Part shown: piece by piece, positions 13,501 through 26,970 of the stretch
Layout: each line of letters starts with the position of its first letter
Numbering within the stretch: position 1 is the stretch's first letter
DNA from: Lytechinus pictus
Taxonomy: Eukaryota
Assembly (NCBI RefSeq): GCF_037042905.1
Contig: NC_087245.1
Location: forward strand, 5,208,001-5,272,000
Reading direction: 5' to 3'
Length of the DNA stretch: 64,000 bases
Translations under genes and position numbers: made by a program
Notes under the pieces: model-generated
Told to the model about the DNA's origin: nothing
The model's input: only the letters and a program-made list of their open reading frames with translations
The model's database searches: none

Positions 13501-16418
13501 GTGAGTAAAATTGGTGCATAAATTATGTTTATGTGATCTTGGAGAATGGTTGAATTGATTATCATGACAATATCGCCAATGATTTCATTTTTTTACATCG
13601 ACATCAGATTATTGTGAAAACGGAACTTTCCATTTCAGCTTCGAAAGTGAAAAAAAAATCTAGTTGGCCTATAACCCGAGCGTAACTTTAGTCATCAAGT
13701 ATGGGATGTATCAAGTCTTATTTATTTAGAATGCGATTATGATGCTAATGCTTTCCTGAGTCTTTTTTTTCATTAAAGTAACTTAAATGAAACAAATATA
13801 ATTTATGCGATAAAATGATAACGAAATCCTAATTGCCAATTTAGATTAAGGGGGGTTTAGTCTTATACATTTCGTTCGGTGGTACCTTCGATTTTAAAGA
13901 TGATAGTTGTCAAAAACGACTGGGAAGCTTTGGAATAAATTAATATATATATTATCAAGATGGTGGAAAATGTTTCCATTTCAAGTCCTGAGTTTAAACA
14001 TACAAAAACAATGTTATCAAGAACGTGATGACAGTGCTATGTTTGATAACTGGATGAAACGGGGGCGGGGCGACTCCAGGAAGTGAAGTTTATATGATGC
14101 AACATTTCAAACTATTGGCCAAAAGACAAAATTGATTGTGATGGACATACCTTTTGGTACAGATTAAGAGTGGTTTAATTTTCAAACAAACCCTGACTGT
14201 TTTATTTAGCACGTTACATTATATAACGAAGTTTAAGAAGTGGGATCGATCATGTTTACTTGAAATATGCTGACTAGGATGATACCCCGATACCCAGAAA
14301 TTGTAAATGAGGTTAGAACGTGATGTCTCGCTGTCAGGAACGTAATTGTCGAAAAAAGTCGTATACCTGATAATGTCCCTTTATGTTTATAGTTATTATA
14401 AGTGTTCTTGTTATTTTTTTCTAAAGGATGCTCAGTTTTGTAGCAAACTCAAACTCGGACCAGTAATAGTTCGTTTGTATTAATAATACGGCGATGACTT
14501 CATCTAACCGGTCTAATCTAATTGGTGAGAAAGTACGATCTTCAACAGCGATTCGTTTTAATTCTGATTAATATTACCACCTTCTTCAACAGTCTTCTAA
14601 AAATACTTTTTTTATACAAATATGTTAATTCTTAAATGGTTCACCTTTGAAGTAAAGAAAAATATGGATTCGGTTTATCCAGCTGATCTTGGCCTAAGGG
14701 CGTGGGTTAGTTTCGGCGTTTTGTTTGCTCTACAAAGACTCTGGCAATGATATCTGTAGGCAGAGTACAGTATAGAGATAACCCCAGGCATGCAATATGT
14801 TCAATTATTTCCCCTGTAAGCATGCAATATTTGTCTCCCATGTATGTCATTTTATATAAAGGTTATATATACCAGGGATCCATACCTTCCACTAGATATC
14901 CCATTTATTATATTTGTGCAATGGCAAAAGTGCCTGAGAGAATTTGGGGATAAGATTGTAATGAAGGAAAGATATAGTGGGTTTCCATTCCAGGTCAAAT
15001 TCCTCACTCTTGATTAAATTGATATCACCTTCACAATGGTCCCCCAGATATTTTGTTCATTAATTTCCCACGTAGTTTTAATGAATTCCGCCCAACATAT
15101 ATAACTCAAATTAGTATGCCCATGGAGTTAAATATTGGTTGTTTATCTCATTTGTAGAATTAGGATAATTGGATTTTGACTGCTGCATGGTCATCTGCGG
15201 GAATCTGTCTATCAATTAGGTGATTGCTGACCGACATATGGTCAGTGGGCCATGTCACCGAGAGATATATGGCGTGAATTGAATTTGTTAAAGACGGAAT
15301 CAGACCTTACGAGAAATTAAACAAAAATAAACTAATTCCAAAATTTTCAGCTATTGACTAATTTATCGTCAATTACGAAGGTTAGTAGTAAAGATTTAAA
15401 GTTCACCTTCACGGGGAAAATTAGCTCGAATTTACAGCGTGGAAGTCTTGTCTGCCGATACATGTGTTGAGTTATTCACATTCAATGTGATGAAGGGTGA
15501 CGGGAACATTGAACTATTAAATTGGTTATTTCTATTTTTTAAAGATGGATAACTTAACTCAAGCAAATCAGTACATGCATGTCATTATCAAGGTGTTAAC
15601 AACATATCTATTATCAATATTATTACAACATGATATGATCAGCAAGTTTTCCATTGATAATTATGTTTAATTTTCTAGCCTTCAGTGAGCAGATTAATCG
15701 ATGTTATTGTCATTCAGTAACAAGTCTCTAGTTTTTGTTGGTTTGATTCCATTTCCATAGTATAATTCAATTCAATTTCCATTTATTTCATTCTAGATTT
15801 AAAAAAATACATAATAGAAGATATCCGAAACTATTTACAAGCCAACAAGCCTAAGTAAGAATGAAAATGTAATGGGGGAACTGCTTAAATAAAGTAAAAA
15901 AAGCCTTGGCTTTATTTAGCTTCATTCGTTAGTAATATTTGCAGTGGTAGTTTAATAGGAGGCGATTAGTGGTGGTAGATAATGAGGCGTAGTAGTAATT
16001 TTAGCAGCAGCAGTAGTGACCCGTTTCGCAAAAGCTGTTATGAGCAGGAGCATAAAAATTCAGGAGTATCAAAGCTTATAAATTTTAGTCTTGATTGATT
16101 TGTATAAAAAGAAATGCTTTTGTTCGACAAGGACCATACATTCAGAAAATTTAGAAAATACAAAATAATTTGTATGTACAACGGAATAAACGTTCATGCA
16201 GCCAATGTTGTAATTATGCATTTTTTCACTTTAATCATTCAACGATGAATCACCGTGCCTCTTCATGGGTCAAGCTTTCCTAATTTTACGGAATGAGCAT
16301 CCATCAATCGACTTTGTTCTTTAATTACAAAGATTGAAGTGTTACCTTGCCCTCATAGTCCTCGTCACAATATCATGTAGGTTTCCGTGAATTAGAAGCC
16401 GTATGTTTAATAACACTG

Positions 16419-16577
16419 GGTGGGTGTTTCATAAAGCTGTTCGTAAGGTAAGAGCGACTTTAAGAACGACTGGTTATCCTTTCTTGTGGTAAATGGTACA
16501 TTCATTAGCGATGGTTTAGCGCGTAAGAAAGGATCACCAGTCGTTCTTAACTTACGAACATCTTTATGAAACTGCCC
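16419..16577. mobile_element. Short palindromic Harbinger/Tourist-like MITE
   Basis: GGTGGGTGTTTCATAAAGCTGTTCGTAAG ... CTTACGAACATCTTTATGAAACTGCCC with CTG on both flanks; related copy at 49583-49745. Confidence 0.75.
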
Positions 16578-16924
16578 CTGGAAGATTTGACCGTTAAATA
16601 TATTGCAATAATTATACTCTCACGCAAAAAATGTTTGAAGTGCTTACCCCTTCATTGTTTGAGAGATGGGGGGTAAATAATTGCCTGAGTCCTCTTTTCT
16701 CCAGTGGTATACGCAAATTCCCATTCTTTTTATTTGATTTGTTCTTCTCTTTTATTCTTCTTCTTCTTCCTTTTCTTCTTCTTCTTCTTATTCCCTGTCC
16801 TCCTCCTCGTTCTTCTCCCTTTAATTGTTGCCACCCCTCACTGCATGTCAATTGTGTGTTGTCAGAATGTGTCAATTACAAGCGAAATATGATTCTATCG
16901 ATTGATATTTGTATATGTTTGATT

Positions 16925-17400
16925 TTTATTTTGTATTCATTTATTTACCACTCATGGGATGGCACAACCTATCAGCAAATGCTGCTTTTCGTAAGAGTCC
17001 ACGCACAAATAAAAAGTACAATCACCCATGGTTATAATAAAAGCACAAAAATCATAAAATATTGGTAAAACAAAGCAAAAATACAAAATATAATAATAAA
17101 GCAAATATTTATGAAAAACGATAAAAAAACGAAAAGAGAACTAAGAACTAACTTCTGATTAATATTATAATTTATGGGGCAAGGGATTGTTGGAGAGAAG
17201 AGAATGATGTAGGATTCGTTAACAGTAATCAGGACGAATTGTGGTGAGTATGTTTTTAAGATGTGTTTTTAAAGTAATTTAAAGATACAAATGGGAATTT
17301 TCTTTTCAATAGAGTTCCATATTCGGCACCTCGGTATCGTATTTCGTTTTTAGGTAATACGATTTACAGAGGTCTTATTTTTTCATGTTATTTTCTAAAT
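16925..17400 (-). mobile_element. 3' remnant of a CR1/L2/Crack-like LINE
   Basis: Minus strand encodes fragments resembling IRYRG..IWNS and FK.HLK.Y (typical ORF2 C-terminus), followed by an AT-rich 3'UTR. Confidence 0.45.
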
Positions 17401-17732
17401 GCATATATCCTCCACAAAATCCCATAATGATAAAACAACCCTCTGCTTCATTTTGATGATAAATTATGTGTTACGTCATATTTGATGACATTCTCTTTTC
17501 TTTCCGCTTTTCACCCTCATGAATGTAAGACGGGCGTACTCTAAGTGGATGATCACCCGCATGTCATTGAAGAAAACACCAAGATGGGGAAATGTAAAGG
17601 AAAATATTTACATTCCCTACTCATTGTTCACTTGTTTTCTTATCTCCAAACAAGTCATGATACTTTACTTGTATATCACCTGATGGCAATGATTTTAGTT
17701 CCAATTTCCTTATCTATCATAACACGGAGAAT

Positions 17733-18736
17733 CAGGGTTCCCAGCCCATCAGGGAAAATTATTTTACTTTTTTTCCAGTCAGGGAAAAATCAGGGAATTC
17801 GATTTTTTTTAAAGGGGAATCCAACCCAAATAAAAACTTGTTTTTATAAGAAAAAGATAAATCAGACAAGTTGATATGTGAAAGTTTATTTAACAATATT
17901 GAACAAACAACAAGAAAGTTATGAATTTTTAAAAGTTGTGTATATTGGTAACCACTATACTCATGGAGACTTCAAATTGGCCACATATGGGATGTCATAG
18001 TGATGTAAGGCAAGGACTACTCTTCCATGTATTCCACTACATATTATGGCTAAAATGTCATTTTTCCGAAAAGTTTTATTTCAAATTACATTTTTCTTTC
18101 ATGAGGACATTAAAAAATATACTACCTGGGTTATATTTAGATTACTGCCCCAGGGGAATGGGTACTTAGGAGAAAACCACAAAACCCTGATAATAAAATA
18201 CATGGCCTATGGGAAAGTTGTCCTTGCCCCTTGTCATAATTTACTTACCCAGTTGCCAATTTGACATCTACATACTATTAGTGATCCCAATTTCAAAGTA
18301 GCTATAACTTTCTTATTGCTTGTCCGATTTCTTTCAAATTTTCACCATTCTGTTTAATTTATTTTTATCCTTCCCAACACAACATTTTATGGCCAAGGCT
18401 GGATTCCCCTTTAATACCTCATATCAGGGAAAAATGCCTCAAATGAGGAAAAAATAAGGGAATTTGATTGGCCCAAAAGTCGAAAGCACGGTAGTCAGTC
18501 AGAATATGTTATATTTTGTTGCATATCAAAACAACATCCATTGAATGACTGGATATGGTGGTTTTTTTTTTTGTTTACTAATTAGTTTAACAATATTGTT
18601 TTTATACTGAAAATACATGTAATTCACTGCAACAACTTAGAAAACATGTGAAACTAAGAATGGATTAAATAATTATCAGGGATTTTTTCTACTACATCAG
18701 GGAATTTTGTTTTCTTCTTGAAAAGCTGGGATCCCT
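17733..18736. mobile_element. Old non-autonomous DNA transposon (CAGGG termini, hAT-like) hosting a Kolobok-like MITE
   Basis: TIR CAGGGTTCCCAGC / GCTGGGATCCCTG and repeated TCAGGGAA subterminal motifs; no TSD recognisable. Confidence 0.55.
17813..18410. mobile_element. Kolobok-like MITE nested in 17733-18736
   Basis: TTAA|AGGGGAATCCA ... TGGATTCCCCT|TTAA. Confidence 0.85.
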
Positions 18737-19190
18737 GGTTCGTGTGATTCTTACTAATTAGCCAAATACAGAGCTGTTATACATGGGAGGAAATGGTTTT
18801 TGCTATCATCTTGATTATATTTACTTTAACCGTAAAGCCTAATGTTATTCAGATTCATTTTTTTACTGGAAAGGTTTTCTCACAAGAGCTCAGCAGGAAA
18901 TTTATTTTGCTTAGAGAAGTTTGAGAGCTTTCTAAGATTGTACTTTTTTCAGCCTCGACAATATTGTGATAAATCTTCAAGCAAATTTCCATTAAATATC
19001 ATTTCTTTGTACATAATTGCGATACAATAATTGTACAATTTCATCGAAGTATCTGATCCACTTCAGTTGGCGTGACATTTAAACACATTCACGAAGAAGA
19101 TCTTTCTAGTTGATAATAATGATAGTAATAATGATTTCTAAGGAGGTAATAAATTGATTTAGCAAAGGCATGATAGCGCTTTAACACAAT

Positions 19191-19448
19191 GGCCCGTATT
19201 TTGAAGTCCAATTTAACGTTACCATGTTCTAAGAAACTATGTGCTAAAATTATGGGTAACCGAAAATGTTAATATTTCTTGCTTTAGAATGCATGTTTTT
19301 ATTTTTACGGTGCCTGGGCTATAATGGTTGAAAAATTAGTTATTATTCCCAGCCAATTATGAATGAATAAGCATTATAAATTGAGCATGTACTGTTAAAG
19401 GTGTTTTAGGACCATTGACCTACCAAAACCGAGTTTAGAATATGGACC
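19191..19448. mobile_element. Degenerate MITE
   Basis: Imperfect TIR GGCCCGTATTTTGAA / TTTAGAATATGGACC. Confidence 0.5.
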
Positions 19449-21835
19449 ATTAAGATGAGATTAGATATTAGATTATTAATGTTCGTATCACTGAAACGCA
19501 AAAAATATGGCATGACAAGAACAAAAAGTGGTGAATAGGAAAGGAAATCAGTGTTTCCCTGCGTGGGAGGTAGTTTGAGAGTTTGGATTTACTAATCGCA
19601 TGGTTGCCATGGGTTGGTATGTCTCGTAAAATCTGCATTGGCTGCCAGTTTGCCAACAAATATCTTTCAAGATTTTGTTAATTCTATACAAGACACTAAT
19701 TGGCCAAGACCCCAGCTATTTTTCTGAGATTTTAGTTCAAAGCAAAGTTCACAGACACACCCACATCCCGCCAAGTTCGAACTATATTTCTTATTACGTC
19801 CCCACTCGTAAAACCAGATAACTTTGGGAGATTGTACAATTATTGTCCGCGCAGCCCCAAAATTATGGAACACCTTAAGACTAACATTAAATTAGATATT
19901 CTCCATCAAAAGAACGTTCAAACTGAGACTAAAGACCTTTATTTTCCATTTATTTCCAAACAATTTTTTTCTTTCCTTTTTATTAAAACAATTTTCTTTT
20001 CCAAGCATTTCAGGAGCTCTTAGAGCGCAGAAGAATATATATATATATATATATATATAAATGCACATAGTTCCTGCGCTATGTGAATCAGTATCATTAT
20101 GTACCAACCGTGCTATTATCGAACGGATTCACAATCTATAAAGCCTCTGCGATTCTGTTTCGCCTAAAGTCAGAATTCATAAGATCGCGCTCCACTTAAA
20201 CATATCGTACAATGTGTAGTGTAATTTAATAGATTTTATGGGCGTCGTACGATCTTTGTTAAATTTTTAAAATATTACATCAACTGGGCAGAATACTGTA
20301 CGAGTCTTTATGACCGTCATACAATATTTTGTGCGATCTCCATACTGCTGTGTTTTTGGCCCATTTACGACGCCATTTATATTTCATGAAATCGTGAGTT
20401 GGCCGTAAAAATGTCATCATACCAATCGTAACCCATGGCCACCTACACCTCCTGTCCCCAAAATAAATAGAATCATAGAATAAAAAAATGATCCATCGTA
20501 CGATGATCGGAACAAAAATCAAATAAAACAAACAAATAAGCACTTTTCTATCTTAGAGCCACTTGAACTGGGCGACATTTTTTTTTTTTTAACGATTGTT
20601 TTTGCTTCATTTTTTTAATAACTGGTATATAGCCTACCACAGTTCTGGGAGTTCTAGGAAAGGTCACCGGATAGTAGTTCCTTAATAAAGAAACCATTAA
20701 ATTGAAAATATGATCACTAAATCTTAGTTTGACTTTACGAGCAACGGGAAAGGGAATATCAAATTTTTAAAGACAAGAAGTTATTAAAAGGCCAAGAACA
20801 TCCCCATAACAATTTTTTATTTGTATAAACACTGAAAAATTTAACAAACAGAACTTTGGAAATTTCATCGAAATTGGAAGTGAAATATCAAAAGGATTTT
20901 CTCATTTAACATGAAAAGACGGGAAATCCCCACCTTGAAAAAGTAGAATCACCATTATTGTAACTTATTATCAACCAATCAAGAGCTTTTATCATAATTA
21001 AAGTTCCTAAATGGTTTCGAAAAGCTAAAAAATACCCGATTTGACCTTTTCCCAGTTGTTTCCTTCTAATTCTGTTGCAATTTATTAAGAACTTGACTAT
21101 TCCTCTATCCATATCATGCAGTGTTATTGTGTGAATGGTCAAGATCATGAAGGTGATACGTGATGTACAACAACAACAACAACAACAACACGCGATTGAT
21201 AATTTGCATAATAGCTGGAAGGAAAAGAAAAAAAAAGAGAATGAGAGATCTTGTGGAGACTTGTTTTTCAAAGCAATTTCTTAGAGGAGATTACATGTAA
21301 AGACACGAGAAAGTTGTTTGATATGTGCTTTGCGGCACCCGTTTTTGTTGCTTTGTCACTAATTGTTCACAATGCGACACGAAATGTTAAGAATTATGAC
21401 ATGATTAAATGACAGCATAGAATAGACCTATATTTGAAATATGAAGCTTTGATCCATTAGTTATATTTTGATCTCGGATTACTGTTATTAGATGAATTAA
21501 AAGGCGAATCCGATTGAATATCCCATTCGTTGTGTTTTATGCCTTCTCTGTATACTGAATTTATTGTGAATCCTTGGTATCGGTTTCTGTTTGTTTTGTG
21601 GAAAAAAAACAATGATACTATTTTTTGTTACCCTCGAGCTGTATCCACTCACAAATATTTGTTTTCTGTTTGCTCCATGTAAAATCAAAATGTCGTGTAG
21701 TAGTAAATTGGGACTCTCATACATTTATCTACATTGAATCCTCTTGCATCCTCCCTCAAGACTTTCCAATATGCGAGTTAAGTGATTTTACGAACTGGCT
21801 GAAACCTCGACTGGTCTCCAAAACATGAATTGTAT

Positions 21836-22836
21836 TTTTGTCTCGCCTGCATATAGCAGAGCGAGTCTATAGGCGCCGCTTTTCCGACGGCGACGATGGC
21901 GGCGGCGATGTCAATATCAAAGTTTAACCTAAGATTAAGTTTTTTTAAATAACATAACTTAGAAAGCATATGGACCTAGTACATGAAACTTGGACATAAG
22001 GGTAATCAAGTATTACTGAATATCCCGCTTTGGTTTCAGGTCACATGACCAAGGTCAAAGGTCATTTAAGGTCAATGAACTTAGACCATGTTGGGGGAAC
22101 CAATATAGAAATCTTAACCTAAGGTTAATTTTTAGAAATGACATAACTTAAGAAGTATGTAGACCTAGTTCATGAAACTTAGACATAAGTGTAATGAAGT
22201 ATAACTTAACATTATTCAATTCAATTCAATCTTTATTTCGCAAATAGGATAAAAATACAAAGAAACATCAAATAATGTGATTAGATAATAAAATAAATTG
22301 CGTGGTTTTCCATGAAGGTTATAAGAAACCTGCAAGGCTGGATCGCCTAAACATATGCCCGAGTTCCAGGTCACATGACTAAGGTCAAAGGTATTGGATC
22401 GCCAAAACATATGCCCGAGTTTCAGGTCACATGACTAAGGTCAAAGGTCATTTAGGGTCAATGAACTTTGAGCATGTTAGAGGTATTTGTTGAATCAGTT
22501 TCAGGTCACATGACTAAGGTCAAAGGTCATTTAGGGTCAATGAACTTTGGCCATGTTGGGGGTATTTGTTGTATTACCATCGTAACTGAGAAAGTTTATG
22601 GATCTAAGTCATGAAACATAGACATAAGGGTAAATGGTAATCAAGTATTGTTTTGCACACATCTTAGATCATATGATCATGGTCAAATGTCATTTTTGGT
22701 CAATGGACTTAGTATTTTATTATCATATGGATGTTTTCTTTTGTGAATAATTATTTCATAGCTGTTTTCAAAGTCAGCACTGCTGCTATACTGAATCGCG
22801 TAATGCAGGCGAGACTGCCAGAGGCGTTCCACTTGT
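21836..22836 (+). mobile_element. Helentron/DINE-1 (HINE)-like non-autonomous element with internal tandem repeats
   Basis: T-run, then a 13-bp subterminal IR GTCTCGCCTGCAT (21840-21852) with a nearby partial inverted copy. A (GGC/GAC) microsatellite and tandem ...CAGGTCACATGAC.AAGGTCAAAGGTCA... units follow. The 3' IR ATGCAGGCGAGAC (22803-22815) is followed by a small hairpin GCC-AGA-GGC and a TT end. Confidence 0.7.
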
Positions 22837-25800
22837 TAAATAAAGAGAGACCCTTATGTGTTAGAGAATAGATTTATGTGACGATATTTTCACACTGTGG
22901 ACACTTCGAGAGTGTAACTGTTCACAGCGTGGACCTGGTGGACTATGTGAGTATGCATGCTATTCACACTGTTGAAATGCTTAAATTTAACAGTGTAAAT
23001 GAGATTTCACACTGTGAGCACACTGTGACAGACACTGTTACATACACTATAGAACACTGTGTTCTTTCCAGGAGAGGAAAAACAACAACAAAGCCCCTTT
23101 AACGGTGATACAGTTGGAGCACCATTACAGATGTAATTTAGAACCTTTCTGTATTAAAAGGCACAAAAGCTGCTTACACTTACAGTGTGTTATCGGGTTG
23201 AACACACAAAAAGTTCAAATTTGGACCTTTGATCTTAGAGTATATAAAAATGACAAATGAAATCGTTCTTCTCGCAAATTGATGCTTGATATGGAGAATT
23301 TTGATAATGTTTTATTCATATATAAAGGTTAGATTTCTCAAATCAGAATAAATGTTTTACCCGTGTTGAACGACAGTCTAGATTATGACGGCTATGTAAT
23401 GTTTTTGACGCGAAATATAATTTATTCGGAATCACAGGCGTTCATTTCATTCTTGTTTAGTCTGGGGGGGGGGGGAACACGTACATACGTCCACCTGTCA
23501 TTTTCTTTGGGTTTAATGGACTGTTTTGGATATGATTTATATTTCATATTGATTCAGTTCTCAAGAGGTATGTTTACTGCTGATTGTATTCATAGGGAAC
23601 ATACAGAGATCATGGGGTCGTGGGACCAATGTGGTTCTAATTTATGAAACAGCTTAAAAAGTATATATTCGAGTAGTCATTTTGTGATCGTGAAAACCGA
23701 TGAATTGTGAAGACTTATTTTTTTTTTAAGAAATATCCCAGCCTACATTGATTTATGAACCAGAGCACACGGAATTTTCAATCTGTTAACCTCTCTCTGA
23801 TTATCCAACTTGTATCCAAAGTGAAGCATATTCGCTGCAGTGCTTTAAATTCCTATGGTTTTACTCCGCTCTGATATAAAATAAATTTGTTCTGATTAGG
23901 ATGCAAAGAGACTTTTGTTTAACTCTAGCTCTATGGTATGCATTCACTTTGGTCCAAACCTCAAGATTTGATATGTGCTTTATACAGCGCTTATCCCCTT
24001 TGCAAGAGAAGATGTCTAGACTGCATCTCACGCATGTCAGAAGAAGTTTTTAATAAGTAGCTCTTCACCATGAATAGAGAAGTCAATCATTACAGAGTTG
24101 TACATGTACTTTACTACCCTATACCACAGGAGATAGAATTTCGTTTCTCCTTCCTACCCATCTACTCATGTTCATGCTTAGGATTTCTATATCTTACAGC
24201 GATTATACTGGAAATTTACTTGAAATGATGCAAGTTTCATCCCTCGTCTTTTCCTTAACTAACAAGACAAATGAGGTCTTTGTAATACATTATATATTAG
24301 CTGCTAAACAAAACAAAAAATCCCCGAACGAGATGAGTTTGTATTTCAATAAGATAAATGTAAAATCACAACATAAAATATAGTGACATCACCGGTTCTC
24401 CCGTTTGCATTGTGAGAACGGTTTCATGAAATGCAAACATGAAAATATCGCAACATTCTTGTTATACATCAGAATTTCATTAAGTTTAGGATTAGATTAG
24501 CATACATGTTTCATTTTATTTATTTTCTTGATCAAATGAATGTCGGGAGGAACTTGACCTTTTTTCCTTTCTCGATCCGTTCTTACTCTTGGCTTCTCCA
24601 CTTCTTTCTCCAGCGTAATAGAGGAAGACACCTGATAATAGGTGTGCTGTCATGAGGCTTATGTGACTGTCATTTATCCTCGTAAGGGCACCAGAGGGGA
24701 GACACTAATATTCAAGTTAAATCAATTTTTCACCAGAAATATTCCTCCTTGATCTTCAATAATTATGAATGGCCACATTAGAGTCCTCATTCTTTCACTA
24801 CTCACCTCACCAATCTATTTTTTCCGTGTGTCATTTGGTCCTTATTATCATGATTATGGATATTGACAAGAAGCTCGCATGCCCTATTTGCCGTTTTAAG
24901 AATATCGATGCGTCCTTTGTCTCTTGGAATAGTGCGAAAAACCATCGGACATCCTCAACTTTCAAATGGATCTCACACATTAGCCTCTTCGGGATGTACA
25001 TGTACAGAATATATCTTCTTCTCTCATCAGGTCAACCAGTATGCTGTGAAGCACAGCTATTCTTAGAATTGAATTTGTTAAGGAGCAAGACCAGTAACGA
25101 AACAATATCGGACAAAATGTGGTCGGAGGGATGGTGGCTTCCTTCTAGCAAACCTCTCGTTTGAATGTCAAAATGAACCGCAATCTCATTTTCGATTCTG
25201 AAAAATGTCATCTTATTTTCAGAGGTTAAATGTGTGGGTGAATACGTTGAGGGTTAAAGGCATGACAACTAACTTTGATCAAAACAGAATTCTGCATTTT
25301 GGATGTTAACACAGACACGCCCTCCCTCCCTTACAATGGCACACAAATACACATAACCCAAACAGGACGATTTCATATTTTACACACCGATTCAAAGATT
25401 TGGCTTTCTAAAAACATCAAATATATACCTTTCATGACAGAGTTTTACTAATACTTTCCATATTGTGCCCATTGCACTGGCATTATTGGATGCATGCTTG
25501 CGATGCCGACACTCCTTAAGGTCTCTAAAACCGGCGCAAAGAATGTTCTACCTGCAGTTTAGGCCCTCCTTATCAATTCATTGTGGTCAGGTAGTGGCGT
25601 CAAAACTCACAAGCTTTGGGCAGTTAAGACAGTTTTCTCGTGGAATTAGACAGTCTCCATCACTTGCGATTTTCTGAAGAGCATTAAACCTCGTCTTTAT
25701 CTTAGTAGTTATAAGGTTGTATAATTCTATACTTTATTGCAAGCGCTTTGGGCCTAATGTGAAAACATAGAATATATAATAAGTAATAATAATCGATAAT

Positions 25801-26970
25801 GATGAATCTGATATTTTTAATTAGCTATATCACAAACGTTGTGCAATGAACTATAACCATTTGAGGGGAAACAAATCAAACTGAAGAAACAATAATTATA
25901 GATCTGACGAACCCCTAAAAAAATCATGACAGGACCAACGGATAACAGTACACTCTATAAAATTGTTCTTGTGACTCGAAACGACTACCAGATTCCACCA
26001 GGATCGTAATGATTTTCGCGACACTTGACTTGAAACAATAAACAGAAATTGTCATGTTTGTAGCCCCTGAGAATCAGCTATCCTTTTTTAGTCAGGATTT
26101 ACTTATTCTACATCTCAGGATTAACTTATTCTACATCTCACCATAGTTAAAACGCTCCGCTCGAACAGTATACTATAACTCTGAGTATTTTTTGACAGGT
26201 GAACGCGTTGATATCGATAATGCATAGCCTTTTTCATTTATTTGACACATGTATGATGATAAATAAAAATAGCAACGTAGATAAAATGCTTTGCTCTAGG
26301 GCAATCCACAACTTTCCAATTCACAATGTACGTTTTCTTTCTCCTGAAATGGAATCACGAGCGTTTTATCTCTTGTCCATGCATGCTTCCTCACACTCGA
26401 CCATCCATTCATGATGTCATCACAAATTGGAATTTAAGGAGGAGAGAAGTACCACCCTGAAGAATGTTCCTCCATATAAAGGAAGTAAAGACTGACAAGA
26501 GGAATCGAATCTGATCATTGACGTGCCCAAACTGTATTATTTTCCATGATGCACTTTCACCCTTCCTCTGAACTTTGGTTAATTGAAAAACAAGTACGAA
26601 GAAAGTAGAAACATAGTCATCTTGGCATTTATTTTTTTTAATCTCTGTAGTAAAAATAGATATTAAGAGAAAGGTCAACAGTAATTGCCGTTTGTATCAT
26701 TCACCCTTCTTCAGGGTTCTCAGGAATACTATCATTGTTTCCCTCCCGCAAATGACGTCATCGTCATTTGAGGTAGATTGTTGTCCTTATATTGGAATCT
26801 GGATGAGGCTAAAGGTAAATCAAAGTGTAGACATTTAAAGAAACTCTGTATAGTTTAGAACAGGTTCATCCATATTTGCTTCAGATTCAGATTCTTCATA
26901 AGCACGATACCAGTACACTAGCACTTGAGCGCAGCCATCGTCAGAGCACCGAAAAGCAATTGAATCTATA

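Noticed and set aside
14750-15230. L1/Tx1-like RT remnant on the minus strand (ADD, KYLG fragments); similar Penelope-like traces at ~24720-25170
   Set aside because: Too decayed to assign reliably by eye.
16612-17068. Hydrophobic 145-aa ORF and overlapping ORFs
   Set aside because: Derived from (CTT)n low-complexity sequence and a LINE 3'UTR.
22030-22560. CRISPR-like repeat-spacer array
   Set aside because: Eukaryotic context, the intervening sequences are homologous rather than unique spacers, and there are no cas genes. These are internal tandem repeats of a transposon.
26092-26140. Short tandem duplications (23 bp here; also ~34140-34178, ~38915-38952, ~51405-51438)
   Set aside because: Ordinary slippage duplications with no sign of function.
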